Positions 1-5,985 of a stretch of 5,985 nucleotides of DNA are shown here, one piece after another (within the stretch, counting starts at the first letter, position 1; every line of letters begins with the position of its first letter). A program made the position numbers and the translations under genes. The notes under the pieces were generated by a model. The model searched no databases, had not been told where the DNA came from, and saw only the letters and a list, made by a program, of their open reading frames with translations. The stretch is from positions 1 through 5,985 of the forward strand of contig BAAFSQ010000459.1 of assembly GCA_054661495.1 (NCBI GenBank), read 5' to 3'. The stretch is from Zygophlyctis sp. KS116 (Eukaryota > Fungi > Chytridiomycota).

Positions 1-108
1 ATATGCCCATTCCACAGAGATGTTGATCGCCTCGCAGAAAGCTGACGACTCTTTCAAATTCAGTCGCTCAATGATCATTATTAGTAACTCTTGAGGCAGA
101 TTCTGGAT
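1..108. repeat. Direct dispersed repeat, copy 1 (F-box coding segment); copy 2 at 4683..4790
   Basis: Manual alignment at offset 4682 shows 3 mismatches (positions 2, 27, 55) in 108 nt. Identity stops abruptly after ...ttctggat. Confidence 0.95.
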
Positions 109-126
109 TTTACATTTCACTTTCAT
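1..126 (-). CDS. F-box protein, 5' part (runs off the left edge); probable F-box/ankyrin-repeat family paralog
   Basis: The reverse strand from the ATG at 126 reads MKVKCKIQNLPQELLIMIIERLNLKESSAFCEAINISVEWAY and is open to the window edge. LPQELLIMIIERL fits the F-box start motif LPxEllxxIhxxL. Bases 1..108 match 4683..4790 at 105/108. Not in the ORF track because it is truncated. Confidence 0.8.
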   Translation of the reverse strand, partial: MKVKCKIQNLPQELLIMIIERLNLKESSAFCEAINISVEWAY

Positions 127-604
127 TTTTCCAATTCGCCAAAAATTTACCCAAAACAGACCAATCGGACTTGATGCCAAGATCAAGAATAATTTATTAA
201 TTGAATAATCGAATCATTAGTCTTATTCCAGGACTAATCATTTGTAAGAACATAGTCAATTTTGCTAATTGTACATATCTGCTTACCTTTGCAGATGCAT
301 GCCTGCATAACAGGATGACTTTAAATCATGAGTTTCGGACAACATTTACATGGAAAATAACGCAAAGTAAAACTTTATTAAATCTAAAGGGAACATCGAT
401 CCACACAATCCTCTTTATCAGATTATTGTTGGAAGAATCAATATCAATACCTCTGAAGCCCGTGTACAACAACCAAATGATTGAAAGAAAGTGAATTAAC
501 AGAACTTCCTTTCTACGACTGACCGACAGAGTCAACTATTTGTAAATAAAAAAGTGCTAAATATAATCGTTTATGTCTGATTTGAATATATGATTGTTTA
601 AGTC

Positions 605-615
605 TATAAATATAA
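605..615 (+). promoter_or_regulatory. Possible TATA element upstream of the CR gene
   Basis: TATAAATATAA lies about 30 nt upstream of the ATG at 641. The AT-rich context makes a chance match plausible. Confidence 0.25.
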
Positions 616-640
616 TTGTGGCGCATTGTGTTGCCGTAAA

Positions 641-2782
641 ATGAATGAAGAATTGCAAGAAGTGAAGAAAGAAATTGCTGCTTTGTATGCCCTCTTGGAT
701 AAAGAAGAGCTAAGTAAAAGTGAACAGTACAAGGTGGACAACTTTGAGAAAGAACTCACCCGCCTTGAAACTCGTTACAACACTCTTGTCACAGCACTTG
801 CTCCCACTCAAGGTATTTTTTATTTGAAAGATTTATATTTAGTATCTGTCAATCCTGCACAAGTTTTGAAAGACTTGCTTGGTTTTGAATTGAACTCGTC
901 AGAAGTGAATTTCAGCAGACCCTCAATAACTATGGATAGTAGCCCAACTGAGGATATCACATATATTGTTCCGCTCATGAAGTTTGTTTGCAGAGAAGAA
1001 CCTGCTAAAGTGCTTTATAATGTTTTGGATGAATATTTATATTGGAAAGCAAATATGACTGGGGAACCTGAAAAAAATATCAAATTTATCACTGTAGTTG
1101 GAACATCTGGAAAGGGAAAGACCACTTTTGCTCGTCGGTTTATGGATTTACCGTACTCTGGAAGGCATCCCGATCTTGTCAAAGATTGTAGAAAATGCAA
1201 CAGGCGGTACAGAATTTCATGTACTGAATTTCATATCACAAGAGACCCCGAGACGCAGCTATCCTTACTTGTGTTATACGAAGCTTTCAAGCACTCAATT
1301 CAAAAGCCTAATATCAGATCTTTGTTGACTAATTTCTTTGAAAATTATTCAAATTCTCGGATATCATTTTACAAGACGTTAGAAACCATCATTGAAACAG
1401 TTTTCTCTGAATCAAGCCCAGAAATGGAAGAAAGACTGATGATTATCAATTTGGATGAGACAAATTTTCTTTTGAACAGTTTCAAACATAAAGAGTTCTT
1501 TCAAGAGTTACTTCGCATTCTTCGTAATGCTTCCAAAAGTTTTAACCTTCTTACTGTTCTTTCTGGGACACAACCAGTTGACCTATTTGAACAAGTTAAA
1601 ATCAGTCAATGCAAATTCGTTGACATCAAATTATCTCTGATTGAATTGGAAGCATCAAAGGAAGTCATCTTAGGAATGACCAAAAACCCAGATTCATATC
1701 ACGTTTCACCCCATTTAGAATATCTTTTGACGCTCTGTGGTGGTGTCGGAAGATATATTGAAATTGCAATCATTCAAATGTCAATAATTGGTTCCGCCAA
1801 AAGTGATGGAAAAGAAATTAAAGGTTTCAACTTAAATTCATACAAGTATTTCCTGGAAAATTTACAAACTCCTACGCATATTGATATCCTTCTAGAAAGG
1901 TTGACTACTGGCGTTTTGTCACATTACCCAGAAGTATTTTCAAGGTTTTCGCAGTCCATTGAATTATTATCCTGCTACACTCTTTTCCAATGGCCTGTTC
2001 AACGTGAAACCCCCATTAATTTGTCGTCGATTGATTCTCTGGAAAAAGAGGGGCTTGTATTTCTTCAGCCCATGAAAAAGGGGTTCATTTGTATCATCCC
2101 TTTTATTACTCTCTTTTGGGCCATCAAGTACAGTAATCAAACCGTACAGATTCCCTTTGTGAAGGATAGCAAAAGTTACTTTTCCCCGGATGAATCAGAA
2201 AATAATTCGTTACACATAGTGATGGCGAAACTTTGGGGACTTGTTCATAAAAACGAACTTTCTACAGATAAAGATGGTCTTTATTCTATTTCGCTGTCTG
2301 AACTCTTTCCCTTAAGAGATTCACAACGAGATTCTAAAATCAGATTTCGTCCTTTATTTCAGATTAATTCCTCTCCTCAAAGGATTGATAAATACAACTA
2401 TATAGAATTGATATCAGATTCTGAATGTATTGCATTTCTAAATGCTAAAGGCGCATCATTTCCGGACGCAGTGATATTCTCTAACCCAATAATTGGCATT
2501 CAGGAAAAACAGAGTATTGTAGCCAAAAAGAGGAGGTTAGCTGGGTCTTTACCTTCATATGTTGATAATGCATCTTATCAGATAGAAAGAGAAAAATTTC
2601 TACAGAATCAAATCTTTGTTTTGGTGACCGATGAAGAAATAGGAGATGTTAAATTAGGACCACTTGACGTCGTTATTGATTGCGAGAACTTTGCAGAATT
2701 CTGTGGCCCTTTGATTGCCTTGAGAAAACTCTACAGTATTAATGCGCTCAACGAAAATGCAAAACGGTTAAAGTTGAAATAA
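641..2782 (+). CDS. Crinkler/CR-family-like protein: coiled-coil header + P-loop NTPase (STAND/AAA+-like) + C-terminal PD-(D/E)xK REase-fold nuclease; probably join(641..812,843..2782), about 703 aa
   Basis: The first ATG is at 641 in AAAATG context; the track's 626 start is a TTG. Motifs: Walker A GTSGKGKTT (1100..1126), Walker B IINLDE (1442..1459), sensor-like LTVLSGT, and GGVGR (1739..1753). The C-terminal NAKGASFPDAV...IGIQEK (2441..2509) is the N-x2-GA-x-F-x-D...QxK signature of CR REase domains. Basic NLS-like motifs KKRR and terminal KRLKLK. TAA at 2780..2782. Confidence 0.8.
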   Translation: MNEELQEVKKEIAALYALLDKEELSKSEQYKVDNFEKELTRLETRYNTLVTALAPTQGIFYLKDLYLVSVNPAQVLKDLLGFELNSSEVNFSRPSITMDSSPTEDITYIVPLMKFVCREEPAKVLYNVLDEYLYWKANMTGEPEKNIKFITVVGTSGKGKTTFARRFMDLPYSGRHPDLVKDCRKCNRRYRISCTEFHITRDPETQLSLLVLYEAFKHSIQKPNIRSLLTNFFENYSNSRISFYKTLETIIETVFSESSPEMEERLMIINLDETNFLLNSFKHKEFFQELLRILRNASKSFNLLTVLSGTQPVDLFEQVKISQCKFVDIKLSLIELEASKEVILGMTKNPDSYHVSPHLEYLLTLCGGVGRYIEIAIIQMSIIGSAKSDGKEIKGFNLNSYKYFLENLQTPTHIDILLERLTTGVLSHYPEVFSRFSQSIELLSCYTLFQWPVQRETPINLSSIDSLEKEGLVFLQPMKKGFICIIPFITLFWAIKYSNQTVQIPFVKDSKSYFSPDESENNSLHIVMAKLWGLVHKNELSTDKDGLYSISLSELFPLRDSQRDSKIRFRPLFQINSSPQRIDKYNYIELISDSECIAFLNAKGASFPDAVIFSNPIIGIQEKQSIVAKKRRLAGSLPSYVDNASYQIEREKFLQNQIFVLVTDEEIGDVKLGPLDVVIDCENFAEFCGPLIALRKLYSINALNENAKRLKLK
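813..842 (+). other. Probable 30-nt spliceosomal intron (phase 1, in frame, no stop)
   Basis: AAG|GTATTTTTTATTTGAAAGATTTATATTTAG|TA has a GT..AG boundary with a good donor context, is much more AT-rich than the flanking exons, and lies exactly at the end of the coiled-coil header. A second intron of similar size occurs at 3281..3308. Confidence 0.7.
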
Positions 2783-2979
2783 AGTGATTTTAAAATGATG
2801 AGATAAAATTGATTTTCAAGTTTGCTCAGAATAATAAAAGTATTTTAACTTCTGATTCATATCTGAACCACCTTGTTTATAAACAGATTGCATCAAATGT
2901 GACGAGAATTTACTAAGAAAATGGCAATATAGAAACACAATCTGCCAACAGTTCCAATGTCTACCTGCCTGCAATTTTT

Positions 2980-3348
2980 TGATAAGACTCAATAGCATTT
3001 GTGGTTTTGATTTGCAAAAGAAGAGGTGAATGAGTTCGTCTATATAATCCCCATTTTTCACTATTGCGCATATACTTTTTAACATATGATCTTTCTTGGT
3101 TATTTTTGGCCTCTTTGTAAGCTTTCTTTATAAAATCATCGAATGTCAATTTAGTTTTTGCATAGTATGCATTAATCATGAGGCTTTGAACACATTTATT
3201 AACAGGAGCTTTGAGTAATGTGCGGCAAACATGTAATCTACAATACAATATCGATAATTCTTGTTCTCCTTTTTTAAGACCTATGAATATGATCTGAAGT
3301 ATTCATACCTGGGAATGCGATATTTAATGCACGTTCTTCTGCTAAAGC
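2980..3348 (-). mobile_element. Mutator-like (MULE) DDE transposase fragment, truncated at both ends
   Basis: After removing intron 3281..3308 the frame reads ALAEERALNIAFPGLKKGEQELSILYCRLHVCRTLLK...KWGLYRRTHSPLLLQIKTTNAIESY. It contains the MULE CxxH motif and the TTNxxES motif carrying the catalytic Glu. AFPGLxxGEQE and HSPLLLQ match my recollection of fungal MULE/SWIM transposases. The upstream catalytic Asp residues are missing and no TIRs are visible. Confidence 0.8.
3281..3308 (-). other. 28-nt spliceosomal intron within the MULE transposase fragment
   Basis: The minus strand reads CCAG|GTATGAATACTTCAGATCATATTCATAG|GTCTT. Removing it joins two different frames and restores the AFPG-LKKGEQE motif. 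Confidence 0.8.
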
Positions 3349-3356
3349 CAAGAAAA

Positions 3357-3428
3357 TATTATTGCTTCATTATTCTGGTCTGAAGGATTAACTCTAGGAT
3401 CCGCCAGAAAGAGTTGAACAATTTCAAC
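3357..3428 (-). pseudogene. Orphan partial ankyrin repeat (DPRVDPS family)
   Basis: Reads VEIVQLFLADPRVNPSDQNNEAII with the same nucleotide scaffold as the arrays at 3727..4310 and 5129..5985. Unrelated sequence lies on both sides. Confidence 0.85.
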
Positions 3429-3429
3429 T

Positions 3430-3678
3430 AAATCTAATTTACAATTATCAATTGCACAATATGATTTTGCTATAATACATAAATTAAAAGAATCTGAAAA
3501 AAAAGTTACAGGAAGGCAATTGTTTGAAAAAGATGTTTCATTGGCAATGACAGATTTGAAATTAGTAGATGAATCTGAAGGGGTTTCTGTTGATTTATCA
3601 CTCTTTAAGGGATTACAAGGACTAGATTTGGAAGATTTGGAAGAAAATTCACATGTTTTAGCCTTGTTATCAGAATAA
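3430..3678 (+). pseudogene. RWDD1: 3' fragment of an RWD-domain protein 1 / GIR2 (DFRP2) gene, DFRP C-terminal region
   Basis: A stop-free frame (3418..3678) with no in-frame ATG before the conserved motif ends in KKVTGRQLFEKDVSLAMTDLKLVDESEGVSVDLSLFKGLQGLDLEDLEENSHVLALLSE*. This matches the RWDD1/Gir2 C-terminal pattern K(L)xG(K/R)QLFExD...VxVDxSLFxxhxxLxLED. The RWD domain is absent. AATAAA overlaps the stop. Confidence 0.75.
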
Positions 3679-3726
3679 ATTACTTAAACATGATTGATTG
3701 TAAGTATTCCAAATGTCTTTGACTAT

Positions 3727-4805
3727 TCAATCAGTCCAAAATGTAGGATCAATTCTAGGATCTGAACGTAAGACTTGAAGAATTTTTTCATTATGATAAT
3801 GGACTGCATTTCGGATTGCTTGATTGTTCTGGTCCGAAGGATCCACTCTGGGATCTGACAGTAAGAGTTATAAGAAAGCAATAATCGAACCATTTCGTTG
3901 CGTCCAGTTTCAATTGCACTAATAAGAAGAAAATTATCACCAAAAGAAGGATCAACTCTAGGATCTGAGAGTAAGAGCACAAACATTTGAATATGGTTAT
4001 AGTGAACTGCAAGATGGATGGGATCATTATACTGATCAGAAGGATCTACTCTAGGATCTGAGAGTAAGAGTTGAACGATTTCAAGATTTCCCCTAGCGGC
4101 TGCATATATGATTGCTTGATTATTTTTGTCTGTAGGATTTACTCTAGGATCTGAAAGTAGTAGTTGAATAATTTTTATATGTTTAAATTGAATTGCATTT
4201 CTGATTGCTTCATTGTTCTGATCTGAAGGATCCACTCTTGGATCGGCAAGTAAGAGCTGGAAGATTTCAAAATTACCCCCTGCGGCGGCTCGTATGATTG
4301 CTTCATTAATCACAGTCCGGATGGGCCAAAATATACTTTAAAACTTGAATTTGACCATTTACAGAGGCTTCATATAGTGCGACATAATTTACAGTTGAAA
4401 TTTTAATTCTGTATTCATCCACAAGAAGTTTTACAGTAGCCAAGTGTCCATATCGACATGCCAACTTTAAGGCATCAATCTTATCATGATTTGCTTTTGG
4501 ATCATTAAGAATTTGTTTGATTATATCAGGATCCTGAGTTAAAATCGCAACTGCGAGAAAATCCTTTTGACGGGCAAATAATTGAAACTTTGTAAATCAT
4601 TCTTAACCAAAGCTTGGGCAAGTTTCATTTTTAGTCGACCAGTCTTAAACTGATTTTTATCTCTTACAAAATTGAAATACTGAAATGCCCATTCCACAGA
4701 GATGTTGACCGCCTCGCAGAAAGCTGACGACTCTTTTAAATTCAGTCGCTCAATGATCATTATTAGTAACTCTTGAGGCAGATTCTGGATATTATTTGCT
4801 GCCAT
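3727..4805 (-). pseudogene. F-box + ankyrin-repeat protein pseudogene (three frameshifts)
   Basis: ATG at 4805 gives MAANNIQNLPQELL (F-box). A frameshift near 4595 leads into FTKFQLFARQKDFLAVAILTQDPDIIKQILND...ALKLACRYGHLATVKLLV...ALYEASVNGQIQVLKYILAHPDCD*. A second shift near 4308 leads into five DPRVDPS-type ankyrin repeats (ORF 3723..4313). A third near 3870 leads into LLLSDPRVDPSDQNNQAIRNAVHYHNEKILQVLRSDPRIDPTFWTD* (TGA 3729..3727), which parallels the C-terminus of the neighbouring gene. Confidence 0.85.
4683..4790. repeat. Direct dispersed repeat, copy 2 (F-box coding segment)
   Basis: 105/108 identical to 1..108. Confidence 0.95.
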
Positions 4806-4877
4806 TATGTTGATTAGGATATAAAATTTTCTACAACATTATATTCTATTTTTAGATACCGAAAATAGTCGAAAATA

Positions 4878-5081
4878 ATGCGCAGCCGGGTGCGACGAGA
4901 ATGTCCGATTTACCTCATAGCCGTAGCCGATGACCGAAAACTTATGGAAGATAAACTTTGGCCTGATCCAAAGCTGTTCGCTATAGCTGGACTATGCTAT
5001 AGAACTGATCGTCCGAATCGCCTCTTAAAAGTACTACTAGATTTGGAAGATTCAGAAGAAAATACAAATACAAAAGCTTAA
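4878..5081 (+). CDS. Hypothetical 67-aa ORF or gene fragment
   Basis: An ATG-to-TAA ORF in a locally GC-richer patch between two ankyrin genes, with no recognisable motif. Confidence 0.2.
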   Translation: MRSRVRRECPIYLIAVADDRKLMEDKLWPDPKLFAIAGLCYRTDRPNRLLKVLLDLEDSEENTNTKA

Positions 5082-5128
5082 GCGCCTAAAATTAGAATCA
5101 ATTATTAATTTAAAGCAAAGCGCCATCA

Positions 5129-5985
5129 TTAATTATCCTGAACTGTAGGATCAACTCTTGGATCTGAAAGTAAGAGCTGAAGAATTTGTATATCATGAAA
5201 TCGAACTGCATTTCGGATTGCTTCGTTATTCTGGTCTGAAGGATCGACTCTAGAATCTGAGAGTAAAAGTTGAATAATTTTTAAATGTTTAAAGTGAATT
5301 GCATTTCTGATTGCTTGATTGTTCTGGTCTGAAGGATCCACTCTAGGATCCGCGATTAAGAGTTGAAAGGTTTCCAGATCCCCTCTAGAGCAAGCCCAAA
5401 TGATTGCTTGATTATTTTGGTCAGAAGGATCTACTCTAGGATCTGAAAGTAGAAGTTTTAAGATGTTTAAATTACCCTTCGAAGCCGCCTTTATGATTGC
5501 ATCATTATTCTGGTATGAAGGATCCACTCTAGGATCTGAGAGTAAGAGCCGAATAATTTGTATATTTTCATATTGAACTGCATATCGCATCGCTATGTTA
5601 TTCTGGTATGAAGGATCAACTCTAGGATCTGCAACTAAGATTTGAACGATTTCGACCTTCTGCCGTGCGGCACCCCTTAAGATTGCTTGATTATTCATAT
5701 CTGAAGGATCAACTCTAGGATCTGAAAGTAGAATTTGAATAATTTCAATTTGTTCATGTTCAGCTGAATATCGGATCGCTTGATTTTTCTGATCTGAAGG
5801 ATCTACTCTAGGATCTGAAAATAAGAGCTGGAAGATTTCAAGGTTCCCCTTAGCGGCCGCGTTAATGATTGCTTGATTTTTCTGATCTGAAGGATCAACT
5901 CTAGGATCTGAAAATAAGAGCTGGAAGATTTCAAGATGACCCCCTGCGGTCGCGTTGATAATTGCTTGATTTTTCTGATCTGAGG
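5129..5985 (-). CDS. Ankyrin-repeat protein, 3' part (starts beyond the right edge); probably the same F-box/ankyrin family
   Basis: The frame is open from 5983 to TAA 5131..5129; the track's Met at 5698 is internal. It holds nine tandem 31-aa units of consensus DPRVDPSDQNNQAIxxAxxxG/xxhEIhQLLLS. Confidence 0.92.
   Translation of the reverse strand, partial: SDQKNQAIINATAGGHLEIFQLLFSDPRVDPSDQKNQAIINAAAKGNLEIFQLLFSDPRVDPSDQKNQAIRYSAEHEQIEIIQILLSDPRVDPSDMNNQAILRGAARQKVEIVQILVADPRVDPSYQNNIAMRYAVQYENIQIIRLLLSDPRVDPSYQNNDAIIKAASKGNLNILKLLLSDPRVDPSDQNNQAIIWACSRGDLETFQLLIADPRVDPSDQNNQAIRNAIHFKHLKIIQLLLSDSRVDPSDQNNEAIRNAVRFHDIQILQLLLSDPRVDPTVQDN
5140..5985. repeat. Tandem coding repeat, 93-nt period, about 9 copies
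   Basis: The motif GAAGGATCnACTCTAGGATC recurs every 93 nt (for example CTAGGATC at 5808 and 5901). The same unit occurs at 3735..4310 and 3357..3428. Confidence 0.95.

Noticed and set aside
1-108. LTRs or terminal repeats of a mobile element, or a DGR template/variable repeat pair (with 4683..4790)
   Set aside because: The repeat is F-box coding sequence, has no TG..CA ends, has no reverse transcriptase nearby, and its mismatches are too few and not adenine-specific.
201-535. ORFs 201..494 (+) and 326..535 (-)
   Set aside because: Both start at TTG, have no recognisable motifs, overlap each other and lie in the divergent spacer. A decayed fragment cannot be excluded but is unsupported.
626-640. 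TTG start giving MCCRK- for the large ORF
   Set aside because: The context is eukaryotic, and an in-frame ATG in AAAATG context lies at 641.
1015-1328. ORFs 1015..1200 (-) and 1098..1328 (+)
   Set aside because: Shadow frames inside the NTPase gene.
641-2782. Prokaryotic antiphage STAND/Avs or restriction system
   Set aside because: There is no operon or Shine-Dalgarno context, the nuclease is C-terminal as in CR proteins, and the probable intron and neighbours are eukaryotic.
2816-3085. 89-aa ORF on the - strand as a MULE continuation or SWIM finger
   Set aside because: It overlaps the true transposase frame out of phase and has no CxCx(n)CxH SWIM pattern.
3723-4313. 196-aa ORF, nested 78-aa ORF and 88-aa ORF 4539..4805 as independent genes
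   Set aside because: They are frameshifted pieces or shadows of a single F-box/ankyrin pseudogene, and their C-terminal tails are out-of-frame readings.
5140-5985. CRISPR array (conserved repeat plus variable spacer appearance, GGATCC-type palindromes)
   Set aside because: The period is exactly 93 nt, the frame is open and encodes ankyrin repeats, the 'spacers' are homologous to each other, and there are no cas genes.
1-5985. Giant virus or intracellular bacterium origin (F-box/ankyrin DPRVDPS proteins occur in Nucleocytoviricota)
   Set aside because: GT-AG introns, a fungal-type MULE, an RWDD1 fragment and a CR gene point to a eukaryotic nuclear genome, and no viral core genes are present. 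An ancient viral origin of the ankyrin family is not excluded.

Overview
AT-rich eukaryotic DNA, most likely from an early-diverging fungus (chytrid-like) or another protist with very short introns; the taxon is an inference. The window is an accessory effector/repeat island. It holds (1) the 5' end of an F-box gene on the - strand (<1..126), head-to-head with (2) an intact-looking Crinkler/CR-type gene (641..2782, +) built from a short coiled-coil header, a P-loop NTPase and a C-terminal PD-(D/E)xK restriction-endonuclease-like domain, with a probable 30-nt intron after the header. Next come (3) a mosaic made of a Mutator (MULE) transposase fragment with a 28-nt intron, one orphan ankyrin repeat and the 3' end of the housekeeping gene RWDD1/GIR2, (4) an F-box + ankyrin-repeat pseudogene with three frameshifts (3727..4805, -), and (5) the 3' part of another ankyrin-repeat gene (5129..>5985, -) built from 93-nt/31-aa 'DPRVDPS' units. 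These repeats have a homogenised scaffold and variable helix-1 residues, and modules appear shuffled between paralogs. All family assignments come from motif recognition by eye, not from database searches.
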